The notes under the pieces were generated by a model. The model searched no databases and had not been told where the DNA came from. It worked only from the letters and a program-made list of their open reading frames with translations. DNA of 48,342 nucleotides from Candidatus Avigastranaerophilus sp. (GTDB lineage Bacteria; Muiribacteriota; Ozemobacteria; Ozemobacterales; Ozemobacteraceae). The DNA lies in the NCBI GenBank assembly GCA_045639725.1, contig JAZUDR010000018.1, positions 1 to 48,342 on the forward strand, written 5' to 3'. Position 1 is the stretch's first letter. Each line of letters starts with the position of its first letter. This document shows positions 38,216-47,500 of this stretch, one piece after another. A program made the position numbers and the translations under genes.

Positions 38216-38968
38216 TTAGAACTGAGTCAGCTTAGCAAAAGAATCTGCTTTGAGGCTTGCGCCGCCAACGAGAGCACCGTCAATGCCTTCCTGAGCCATA
38301 TACATCTTTACGTTTTCTGGTTTTACAGAACCACCATAGAGAATGCGAACCTTTTCGGCTGTTTCGCTACCGAAGCGGCTGTGGATGAATTCTCTGATAA
38401 GAGCGATAGTTTCCTTAGCGTCCTTTTCAGAAGCGTTTTTGCCAGTGCCAATAGCCCATACTGGTTCGTAAGCAATAACGATATTCTTAAGATGTTCTTC
38501 AGATACACCCTTAAGGTCGTTTTCGAGCTGATCAACAATGACCTTTTCTGTCTGACCGGCTTCACGTTCTTCAAGCTTTTCGCCTACGCAAAGAACAGGA
38601 ATAAGGTCATGTTCAAAAGCTGAAATAACTTTCTTGTTAATGAGTTCGTCATTTTCACCGAATATCCATCTGCGTTCAGAATGACCGAGAATTACGAATT
38701 CGCAATTAAGGTCTTTGAGCATAGCTGGAGCAACTTCTCCAGTGAAAGCACCTTTTTCTTCGAAATACATATTCTGTGCACCAAGAAGAACCTTGCTGCC
38801 TTCTCTGCCCTGATCAACAGGGTAAATCAGTGGGAATGGAGGACAAACTAATACATCAACATCCTTTAAATCTGCGATTAAAGGAAGAAGTTCTTTCATA
38901 AAATCTTTAGCTTCCTGGGAAACTTTGTGCATCTTCCAGTTTGCTGCGATAAGTGGTCTTCTAGCCAT
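38216..38968 (-). CDS. tpiA: Triosephosphate isomerase
   Basis: ANWKM, GAFTGE, GHSERR, AYEPVWAIGTG, YGGSV and LVGGASL. Confidence 0.98.
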   Translation of the reverse strand: MARRPLIAANWKMHKVSQEAKDFMKELLPLIADLKDVDVLVCPPFPLIYPVDQGREGSKVLLGAQNMYFEEKGAFTGEVAPAMLKDLNCEFVILGHSERRWIFGENDELINKKVISAFEHDLIPVLCVGEKLEEREAGQTEKVIVDQLENDLKGVSEEHLKNIVIAYEPVWAIGTGKNASEKDAKETIALIREFIHSRFGSETAEKVRILYGGSVKPENVKMYMAQEGIDGALVGGASLKADSFAKLTQF

Positions 38969-38991
38969 TATAAAACTCCTGACTATAAAAA

Positions 38992-40164
38992 TTATTTAGA
39001 GAATACTTCGATGCCAGGAAGGGTCTTGCCTTCGAGGAATTCTAAGCAGGCACCGCCGCCAGTAGAAACGTGAGAAACCTTGTTTGCACAGCCCATCTGT
39101 TCGATTGCTGCTACAGAGTCACCACCACCAACTACTGTAATTGCATTAAGAGTGCCAAGGAATTCTGCAATCTTGCGAGTTCCGTTTGCAAAAGCGTCTT
39201 TTTCGAATACGCCCATTGGACCATTCCAAAGAACTGTTTTTGCTTTTTTAAGTTCAGCTTCAAAAGCCTTGATTGTTTCAGGGCCAATATCAACGCCTTC
39301 AGCATCTGCTGGGAGGTCTTTTAGATTATAAGTGCCACATACGGTGCTGAAATCTTTTGTAGCAATTACGTCCTGGGTAAGGAGAAGCTTTTTGCCAAGC
39401 TTTTCTGCTTTTTCGATAAGAGACTTAGCGAGATCCAACTTGTCGTCTTCACAAAGAGACTTGCCAATGTTATAACCCTGAGCTTTGCGGAAGGTGTAAG
39501 CCATACCGCCGCCAATGAGGAGGGTATCAACCTTTTCAAGAAGGTTTTCAATTACAAGAATCTTGTCGCTTACCTTTGCACCACCCATAATGCCTACTAA
39601 TGGGCGTTCTGGAGTCTGTGTTACTTTGCTGAGGTAAGTAATTTCTTTTTCCATAAGGAAACCAGCATATGCTGGAAGAGTGTCAGCAATACCAGCTGTT
39701 GAGGCATGAGCTCTGTGAGCAGTACCGAAAGCGTCGCTTACGAAAATGTCACCAAGAGAAGCAAGAGCCTTTGCAAATTCTGGAACATTCTTTTCTTCTT
39801 CTTTGTGGAAGCGGAGATTTTCAAGAAGTGCTACGTCGCCATTGTTGAGGGCATTAACTACTTTTTCTGCTTCTGGGCCGATACAATCATTAGCAAAAGC
39901 TACTTTTTTGCCAAGAAGTTCGCTCAAGTGAGCGACAACTGACTTCAGAGAATATTTTGCAACAACTTCTCCCTTTGGACGGCCAAGGTGACTCATGATA
40001 ATGAGCTTGCCACCGTTGTCGATGATGTGCTTGAGTGTTGGAACAGCACTTCTCATTCTGGTATCATCAGTAATGTTGAGATTTTCATCCAGTGGAACGT
40101 TGAAGTCAACTCTGACAAGTACTTTTTTACCGCTGACATTAACATCTTTAATTGTTCTGAACAT
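38992..40164 (-). CDS. pgk: Phosphoglycerate kinase
   Basis: RVDFNVP, SHLGRP, LLENLRF, DAFGTAHRAHAS, GGAKVSDK and HVSTGGGA. Confidence 0.98.
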   Translation of the reverse strand: MFRTIKDVNVSGKKVLVRVDFNVPLDENLNITDDTRMRSAVPTLKHIIDNGGKLIIMSHLGRPKGEVVAKYSLKSVVAHLSELLGKKVAFANDCIGPEAEKVVNALNNGDVALLENLRFHKEEEKNVPEFAKALASLGDIFVSDAFGTAHRAHASTAGIADTLPAYAGFLMEKEITYLSKVTQTPERPLVGIMGGAKVSDKILVIENLLEKVDTLLIGGGMAYTFRKAQGYNIGKSLCEDDKLDLAKSLIEKAEKLGKKLLLTQDVIATKDFSTVCGTYNLKDLPADAEGVDIGPETIKAFEAELKKAKTVLWNGPMGVFEKDAFANGTRKIAEFLGTLNAITVVGGGDSVAAIEQMGCANKVSHVSTGGGACLEFLEGKTLPGIEVFSK

Positions 40165-40298
40165 TGTTTTAATTCTCCTGTGTAAAAAAGATGAAACTTG
40201 ATTCTGTAATTTAATTACTTTTACGCTAGTTGGCGTAGTTCATGTTTATTTTTTTTACTTTTTGTTTTGTTAGTGTGAATCTAACTTTGTTTTAAATT

Positions 40299-40336
40299 AA
40301 AAACGGTGCCCCTTATATACTCGGAGCACCGTTTTT
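40299..40336 (-). terminator. Intrinsic terminator after cmk-rpsA
   Basis: AAAAACGGTGC..GCACCGTTTTT inverted repeat. Confidence 0.75.
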
Positions 40337-40368
40337 TGTCAAGCTAATTTCATTATTTTCTCAATCAA

Positions 40369-42357
40369 TTACTTCTTAAGAAGTGATTTGATTGATTCTG
40401 CGTTGAAGAGATCGCCGAGGGTATCAGAGAAACCAGATTCTGATTCAGCCTGATATTTTCTGAGTTCCTTAGCATCGCTGTCCATGTTAGCTTCCTTGAT
40501 GGAGAGTTTCAGTCTGCGATTCTTGCGGTCAAGTTCGAGAACCTTATAGGTTACTTCATCGCCAACCTTAACTGCTTCAGCGGGGTTGTTAACTCTGTTA
40601 GCAGAAAGCTGAGAAATGTGAACAAAACCTGTTACGTTTTCAGCAACTTCTACTTCAGCGCCGTTGTCGAGAAGAGCAGTGATTTTGCCCTGATGAATGC
40701 TTTCTTTTGTATACTTGCGTTCGATTTCTTTCCAAGGATCATCCTGCATTCTGCGGAGTGACAAACCGATTTTCTGTTTGCCCTTGTCGATTTCGTATAC
40801 AACTACAGTTACCTGATCACCAACTTTGAGAACATCTTCTGGCTTTTCTACATCGCCCTGCCAAGAGAGTTCAGATACGTGGAGGAGACCTTCAAGACCG
40901 TTAGCCAACTGAACGAAAGCACCGTAAGAAACGATATTCTTTACAACGCCAGTTACCTGTTCGCCAATCTTGTATTCGTATTCAACCTTGTTCCATGGAT
41001 CGTCAGTAGTCTGCTTGAGACCGAGAGACAATCTGTGGTTAGCTGAGTCGATATTAAGAATCTTTACGCTAACTTCCTGACCCTTTTCAAGGATTTCTTT
41101 TGGATGGTTAACTTTCTTTACCCAATCCATGTCAGAAATATGAAGGAGACCTTCAACACCCTGAGCGATTTCGATGAAAGCGCCGAATTCAGTCATATTG
41201 TTAACTTTGCCCTTAACGATATCACCGATCTTATACTGAGAAGTTACCTGATCCCATGGATGTGGAAGAACTTCTTTGTAAGAGAGAGAAATTCTCTTCT
41301 TGTCTTTATCGATTTCTTTTACTACTACATCGATTTCGTCGCCAGTCTTTACAACTTCGCTTGGGTGCTTAATGTTTCTAGCCCAAGAAAGGTCAGAAAT
41401 GTGAACAAGGCCTTCAACGCCTTCTTCCAATTCTACGAAAGCACCGAAGTCCATAAGGTTCTTAACCTTACCATGATACTTCTGACCAGCTTTGTAGTTG
41501 GTGTCTACAGTTTCCCAAGGATTGTTCTTCTTCTGCTTGAGACCAAGGCTGATTTTGCCCTTTTCTGCATCCATCTTCAAAATCTTGGCTTCTACTTCGT
41601 CGCCTGGATTTACAACTTCGCGTGGGTTAGAAATTACTGACCAGCTGAGGTCGTTTCTGTGAATCAAACCTTCAACGCCGTTGCCGAGGTCTACGAATGC
41701 ACCATATTCAACGATTCTTGCAACAGTGCCTTTGATAACATCATCAACATGATACTTAGCAAAAATATCAGCTTTTGCTTTGTCACGAACTTCATCGAGG
41801 ATAGCGCGTTCTGAAACTACGATGTTCTTGCGCTTGCGGCCGAATTCAGTAACGATCATCTTGAAAGTCTTGCCGATGTTTTCTTTTGCGTTCTTACCGT
41901 GAGAAAGCTGGCTCTGTGGAAGGAATGCTCTGTTACCAAGAACAGTTACATTGTAGCCGCCCTTGATGCGTTCTTTGAGAACGCCTTCTACTGGAGTCTT
42001 GTTCTGGAAAGCCTGGTCGAGTTCATCCCATGAACCCTGTTCCTGAGCTCTGCGATAAGAAAGAAGAATCTGGCCCTGCTTGTCATCGATCTTCTTAACA
42101 TAAACCTTGATTGGGTCACCGACATTATATTTGTCAGCTTCACCAGCATCAAATTCTTCAGATGGAACGATACCGTCAGACTTATAACCTAAGTCTACGT
42201 AAATGCCACTGTTGTTCTTATCGATAACAGTGCCTGTTACGATGGCCCCTCTGGAGATAGGTCGGAACTGTTCGCTTTCGTTAAGTGCCTGTTCCATAGT
42301 CATCTGGTTTTCATTAGCACTTTCTTGTTCCTGTTTTGTATTTTCTAAATCAGTCAT
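40369..42357 (-). CDS. rpsA: 30S ribosomal protein S1, probable internal start within the fusion ORF
   Basis: About seven S1/OB repeats (GAFV.L..GVEGL.HIS.LSW); GGAGG-5 nt-ATG at Met241. Confidence 0.85.
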   Translation of the reverse strand: MTDLENTKQEQESANENQMTMEQALNESEQFRPISRGAIVTGTVIDKNNSGIYVDLGYKSDGIVPSEEFDAGEADKYNVGDPIKVYVKKIDDKQGQILLSYRRAQEQGSWDELDQAFQNKTPVEGVLKERIKGGYNVTVLGNRAFLPQSQLSHGKNAKENIGKTFKMIVTEFGRKRKNIVVSERAILDEVRDKAKADIFAKYHVDDVIKGTVARIVEYGAFVDLGNGVEGLIHRNDLSWSVISNPREVVNPGDEVEAKILKMDAEKGKISLGLKQKKNNPWETVDTNYKAGQKYHGKVKNLMDFGAFVELEEGVEGLVHISDLSWARNIKHPSEVVKTGDEIDVVVKEIDKDKKRISLSYKEVLPHPWDQVTSQYKIGDIVKGKVNNMTEFGAFIEIAQGVEGLLHISDMDWVKKVNHPKEILEKGQEVSVKILNIDSANHRLSLGLKQTTDDPWNKVEYEYKIGEQVTGVVKNIVSYGAFVQLANGLEGLLHVSELSWQGDVEKPEDVLKVGDQVTVVVYEIDKGKQKIGLSLRRMQDDPWKEIERKYTKESIHQGKITALLDNGAEVEVAENVTGFVHISQLSANRVNNPAEAVKVGDEVTYKVLELDRKNRRLKLSIKEANMDSDAKELRKYQAESESGFSDTLGDLFNAESIKSLLKK

Positions 42358-43077
42358 GGTTTCCTCCGTTGGGATCAAAGCGTCCCGAGTGTTTGTTACA
42401 ATTATGATAATCCGATCAATAACCTGTTCAATAGTCATTGCGGTGGTATCCAGCAAGACTGCATCCTTGGCCTGGACCAAAGGTGCTACATCTCTATTGG
42501 AATCAAGCTGGTCTCGTCTGGCGATATCCTGCTTGAGCTGTTCGAGGTCTGCTTCAAAGCCTTTTTCGATTAAATCGCGATAACGTCTTTGAGCTCTTTC
42601 TTCGATTGAAGCTGTTAAGAAAATCTTTGTTCTAGCATTTGGGAAAACAACAGTTCCAATGTCTCTGCCATCTACTACCCATTTGCCGTTATTACCAATT
42701 TCGCGCTGAAGCTTGGTCATAACTTCACGAACTTCCTTAACTGCAGATACTGCAGATACGTTCTTGGAAACTTCAGGAGTTCTGATTTCCTTAGTGACTT
42801 CTACATCTTTAAGAAATACACGTGGTTGGCTAGAATCTTTGCTGTGCTCAAATCTGAGACCGCTTTCTTCTGCGCAGCGTTTGAGCGCCTGATTGTCTGA
42901 AAAATCAATCTTTTCGTTCAGTGCTTTAAAGGTAACTGCACGATACATGGCACCAGTGTCTAGATAACCATAACCAAGCTTGTCAGCAGCTTTCTTTGCT
43001 ACAGTGCTTTTGCCAGCGCCGGCAGGACCGTCTATGGCAACTACTTCACAGAAGTGTTTCTTATTCTGCAATTTCAA
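40369..43077 (-). CDS. cmk: In-frame cytidylate kinase - 30S ribosomal protein S1 fusion
   Basis: aa 1-230 are Cmk (IDGPAGAGKST, DTGAMYR, DGRDIGTVV, RD..DS.R..APL); no stop before the S1 repeats. TTG start after AGGAG. Confidence 0.88.
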   Translation of the reverse strand: MKLQNKKHFCEVVAIDGPAGAGKSTVAKKAADKLGYGYLDTGAMYRAVTFKALNEKIDFSDNQALKRCAEESGLRFEHSKDSSQPRVFLKDVEVTKEIRTPEVSKNVSAVSAVKEVREVMTKLQREIGNNGKWVVDGRDIGTVVFPNARTKIFLTASIEERAQRRYRDLIEKGFEADLEQLKQDIARRDQLDSNRDVAPLVQAKDAVLLDTTAMTIEQVIDRIIIIVTNTRDALIPTEETMTDLENTKQEQESANENQMTMEQALNESEQFRPISRGAIVTGTVIDKNNSGIYVDLGYKSDGIVPSEEFDAGEADKYNVGDPIKVYVKKIDDKQGQILLSYRRAQEQGSWDELDQAFQNKTPVEGVLKERIKGGYNVTVLGNRAFLPQSQLSHGKNAKENIGKTFKMIVTEFGRKRKNIVVSERAILDEVRDKAKADIFAKYHVDDVIKGTVARIVEYGAFVDLGNGVEGLIHRNDLSWSVISNPREVVNPGDEVEAKILKMDAEKGKISLGLKQKKNNPWETVDTNYKAGQKYHGKVKNLMDFGAFVELEEGVEGLVHISDLSWARNIKHPSEVVKTGDEIDVVVKEIDKDKKRISLSYKEVLPHPWDQVTSQYKIGDIVKGKVNNMTEFGAFIEIAQGVEGLLHISDMDWVKKVNHPKEILEKGQEVSVKILNIDSANHRLSLGLKQTTDDPWNKVEYEYKIGEQVTGVVKNIVSYGAFVQLANGLEGLLHVSELSWQGDVEKPEDVLKVGDQVTVVVYEIDKGKQKIGLSLRRMQDDPWKEIERKYTKESIHQGKITALLDNGAEVEVAENVTGFVHISQLSANRVNNPAEAVKVGDEVTYKVLELDRKNRRLKLSIKEANMDSDAKELRKYQAESESGFSDTLGDLFNAESIKSLLKK

Positions 43078-43132
43078 CCCGAATATCTCCTAATTGAGAT
43101 GTCGAAAACTAAGTCCTCGACTGTTGGGCAGA

Positions 43133-43161
43133 ATTGTACACTAAATTGAACTAATATGCAA
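43133..43161 (-). promoter_or_regulatory. Sigma70 promoter of cmk-rpsA
   Basis: Minus strand TTGCAT-17 nt-TACAAT. Confidence 0.65.
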
Positions 43162-43170
43162 CTATATTTT

Positions 43171-44484
43171 TTATTTTTTATGGTTTGGCTTGCCTAGCAT
43201 AATGGCAAGAATCTGGTCATCAGTTTCAACCATACCCTGTGAAGCTATTCTACCAATATTTGCAAGGCTGGTTTCAATATCGTCACCCAAGACTCCGTTG
43301 GTTGTTGGCAATCTCAAACCTTTAATAGCCATCATTGCTGCCTGAAAAGATGAGTCTGCTGCACAGACAAGTTTCATCGCGCAGCCTACCTTAGCACCGT
43401 CACATATTACGCCAGTGATACTGCCAACCATATTATTTATTGCAGCAGTCGCTTGTTCTAAAGTTCCGCCCATCAAATAGGTAATGCTTGCTGTTAACCC
43501 AACGCCAGCGCATACTACACATCCGCACATTGCAGAAAGGGTTCCTGTGTGGTGCTTTATAACGCTTGTAATACCATGAGCAATTGCTAATGCCTCTGAT
43601 AACTTTTTGTCATCGGCTTTGAGTTCTTTGGCTAAGACATAGAGTGGTAGTGAAATTGCTAATCCTTGATTGCCAGAGCCTGCACTTGTCATTACTTGTA
43701 GGTCACATCCTGACATTCTTGCATCAACTGCTGCTGAAGTCAGGGCTTTGGCTTTGTTGATTATATCGTTACCGATTAAGCCCTCTGAAATCATTTCATT
43801 ATAAATATTTCCGATATTAAGGAAGCCTTCGCGATGCAAACCGGCTTCTGCTACCTTTATATTCATTTTGACTCCATCAAGCATAATCTTTCTTATGTCT
43901 TCTGAAAGATTGCCGATGTTATTCCAGATTTCTGTGAAAGAAGCTTCGGACAATGCTTTGCGCTGAGCTAATAATTCGCCGGCTCCATTGTCGCCTGTGG
44001 AATGAGATGAAAATTGAACTGTTCCGTTCTTTTCTAAAAGAATTATGTTTTCATGGCTTCCTGATATTACGCACCTGCCAACGTTATTTAAATCATCTGT
44101 TACAGATACGTCCATATAAAGCCCATGTTTTTCTGCTACAAGGTCAATTTTTATAACGTCGTTCTTTACCAACTCTTGGGCTTTTGACAGCCATTCGTCT
44201 GTCATGTTTTCCAACAGTGTTAAATCCGGATTTATAGCTGGGGAAAGACAGCCTAGAGCCGCTGCAAGTATGATACCTCTTTGCCCACCAGTGCCAGGAA
44301 TGCCTACTTCCATAGCGTTCTTTAAAAGATTGGTAGATAACTTTAACAAGACCTTTGCTATATTACCAGAGGTTTGTCTTTTTGCATGACAAGCGCCAAG
44401 GGCAATGGCTATCGGTTCTGTACAGCCAAGAGCTGCCTTCAGGTCCATTCTTAAAGTTTTTTCTAACACTTCTAAGCTGGTCAT
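43171..44484 (-). CDS. cyuA: UPF0597 family L-cysteine desulfidase / serine dehydratase alpha-like Fe-S protein
   Basis: ALGCTEP, KNAM.VGIP, ARMSG, GSGNQG, LSAMCGC and ICDGAK.GCA.K. Confidence 0.8.
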   Translation of the reverse strand: MTSLEVLEKTLRMDLKAALGCTEPIAIALGACHAKRQTSGNIAKVLLKLSTNLLKNAMEVGIPGTGGQRGIILAAALGCLSPAINPDLTLLENMTDEWLSKAQELVKNDVIKIDLVAEKHGLYMDVSVTDDLNNVGRCVISGSHENIILLEKNGTVQFSSHSTGDNGAGELLAQRKALSEASFTEIWNNIGNLSEDIRKIMLDGVKMNIKVAEAGLHREGFLNIGNIYNEMISEGLIGNDIINKAKALTSAAVDARMSGCDLQVMTSAGSGNQGLAISLPLYVLAKELKADDKKLSEALAIAHGITSVIKHHTGTLSAMCGCVVCAGVGLTASITYLMGGTLEQATAAINNMVGSITGVICDGAKVGCAMKLVCAADSSFQAAMMAIKGLRLPTTNGVLGDDIETSLANIGRIASQGMVETDDQILAIMLGKPNHKK

Positions 44485-44512
44485 TCCTATTCTCCGATTG
44501 TTATTTTATTTC

Positions 44513-47500
44513 TTAGAATGCGTCAAAACCGCCACTAAAACCATCTGAAGATGCTTCACTTGGTTTTTCTGTTGCTTCTGTAGGTTTTGTGTCACTGGCA
44601 GTAGTTGTTTGGGGGTCTACTGTATTATCAGCAACTGTTTCTGCTGGCTTTTCTGCAGAAGCATTTTCTGTAATAGGTTTTTCTTCCTGTGACGCTATGT
44701 TTTCTGTAGAAACAGTAATGCTGGCTGTAGTTTCTTCTGTTTTTGCTGCATTGTCGGATGAAATGGGCTTAGCTTCTGTGGCTGCTGGTTCATTGTCGAA
44801 ATTATCGAACCCACTGCTAGCAGCTGGTTGGTCAGAAGTCTTAGCTTCATTGTCGAGGCTATCAAAACCACCTTCAAAGCCATTGCTTGAAGCAGGCTTA
44901 TCAGCGTCCTTTGACTCATTGTCGAAGCTATCAAAACCACCTTCAAAGCCATTGCTTGAAGCAGGCTTATCAGCGGCCTTTGGCTCATTGTCGAAACTGT
45001 CGAAACCACCTTCAAAGCCATTGTTTGAAGCAGGCTTATTAGCAGCCTTTGGCTCATCGAAACTGTCGAAGCCACCTTCAAAGCCATTGCTTGAAGTTGG
45101 CTTATTAGCAGCCTTAGGTTCGTTACCGAAACCACCAAAACCACTATCAAAACCGCTTGTTGTGGATGTGTTATTGTCATTGAAGCCGTTTGCTGTATTG
45201 TCAGATTTTCTCTTTTCTACGGCTTGTTGAATTTCTTCCTTAGAGGGTTTTAAGCTTTTGAATCTGTCTGGCTTATATTTGTCTGCGCCATTTTTCTTGG
45301 CTCTAAGCATATCTTCATCTGTTGGAAGTATTATGTCTTCTGTTCCAAGCAAAGGATCTTCGTATATGGCACTCGAACGGTTTTTGGAAAATGCTAGGTC
45401 GTCAAGGTCATTGAGACCATGAATTCTTGCATATTCTTTCTTGTAAGTGGTTTCTGTTGGAGCAAAGCCAATAATATCTTGTATTGCTGGCGAATAATTT
45501 ACTGTTAAACCGACCACTACAATAGCAATCATAGTTATAAGCTTAATAAGAATATTGAGTGAAGGAGCAGATGTATCTTTGAATGGTTCACCTACAGTAT
45601 TAGCAACAACTGTTGATTTATGGCATTCAGAACCTTTTCCACCGTATTCTCCGTTTTCAATGAATCTTTTCGCATTGTTCCAGGCTCCACCAGCATTTGA
45701 CATCATAGTTGCCAAGGCGAGACTTGCGATAATGCTACCGACTATCATTCCTACTACACCAGCTACACCAAGGAACAGACCAACCAAAACCGGAATGATG
45801 ATAGCAATTAGGCTAGGAGTTACCATTTCCTTCAGAGAACCATATGTTGAAATAGAAATACAGGCAGAGTAATCTGCTTTGGTTTCACTATTGAACAGTC
45901 CGGCTATGTCTTTAATCTGTTTGCGTATTTCTTCTACTATGTTGTTGGCTGCTTTTCCTACTGCTTTTAGAGAAAGAGCGCTAAATACCAAAACTAGCAT
46001 TGAACCAATTAAAATACCTACAAGAACGATTGGATTCATGAGATTGATATTGTAATAACTCATGAAGTTTTGTATCGTTGCCTTTTCAATAGGAATTCTC
46101 GTGGTTTCTGTTGTGTATATATATTTGCTTAGTTCTGCGCTACTAAAATTAGCTGCTTTGATTAATGACATTCTGATTTCTTCAAAATATGCACATAGAA
46201 GTGCAATTGTAGTAAGAGCAGCAGAACCTATGGCAAAGCCTTTTCCTATGGCTGATGTTGTATTTGCAAGAGAATCAAGTGATGTAAGACGCTTTTGGGT
46301 TTCTGGTGACATGCCAGACAACTGTGCGTTTTTACTTGAATTACCAATTATTGGGCCAAAAGCATCAGTTGCTAAGGTGACACCAAGTGTGGATAACATA
46401 CTTACTGCTGCTATTCCTATTCCGTAAAAACCTATTGCTGAATTTGAGAAACCGTCTGCGAAACCATAGGCTAGTGTGATAGCAAAACAAATTGTTATTA
46501 TTGGTATTGCTGTTGAAAGCATACCAGTAGCTATACCTTCTATAATTACTGTGCCAGGACCGGTTGAAGACTGGTCTGCAATGTAAAATGTCGGTTTGTA
46601 GTTTTCAGATGTATAGTAATGAGTTGACCAATTGATGATTATTCCAGCCATAAGACCAGATATAATTGAACCAAGAAGCTGGAAATGATGAGGCAAAAGC
46701 GAATTTATTAGTGCTATGCTTCCTATTGCTGTGAAAAATCCTGCAAAATTGGTGCCGCGGTTTAATGATTTCATTAATTCGCTTTGAGAAGCATCTTCTT
46801 TTGTATTCACGCAGTAGATGCCAAAGATTGAGAATACAATGCCTACACCGGCTATTGCCAATGGAAGAAGAATTGAATTCAACTGATAACGGAGCAGGTC
46901 CTGAGTGTTGAAGGCTGCTGCGCCAAGGGCTGCTGTCGCGAGGATTGAACCGCAATATGATTCATAAAGGTCTGCGCCAATAGCTGAAATGTCTCCAACA
47001 TTATTACCTATATTGTTGGTTATGACAGCAGGATTACGTGGGTCATCTTCCGTAATATCGGTTTCTGTTTTGGTTATTAGAGTAGCGCTTATGTCTGCAG
47101 CCTTGGTGAATATGCCACCACCAATTCTGGCAAACAATGCTTGAGAAGTTGCACCAATGGCAAAAGTAAGCATTATAGTGGTGATTTCAGTGTAACTATG
47201 TATTGCAAAAATACTATCCTTGAACATGCCTTGGTTTTCAAGAACATAATTTAGGATTTTCCACCATATTGAGATATCAAGAAGACCTAAGCCGACTATA
47301 ACAAATCCGGTTGTTGCAGCGCTCCGGAATGCAAGCTGAAGGGCAGAATTCAAGGATTCTCCTGCTGCTACGGCTGTTCTATTGCTGGCGCTCGTAGCTG
47401 TTTTCAATCCAAGGTAACTTGATAGTGCAGAGAAAATACCTCCCGTAAGGAAGGCTATTGGGGTCCATGGGCTTTGCACTTCTAGGACGAAGGCTAAGAA

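Noticed and set aside
38189-42583. Plus-strand ORFs opposite tpiA, pgk and rpsA
   Set aside because: Antisense shadows caused by the codon bias of highly expressed genes.
44790-45157. CRISPR-like periodicity of 66-69 bp
   Set aside because: Units are near-identical along their length, in frame and coding; no unique spacers and no cas genes.
44589-45230. 213-aa plus-strand ORF and 161-aa alternative-frame ORF
   Set aside because: Shadows of the repeat region in the PPase tail; no RBS or independent features.
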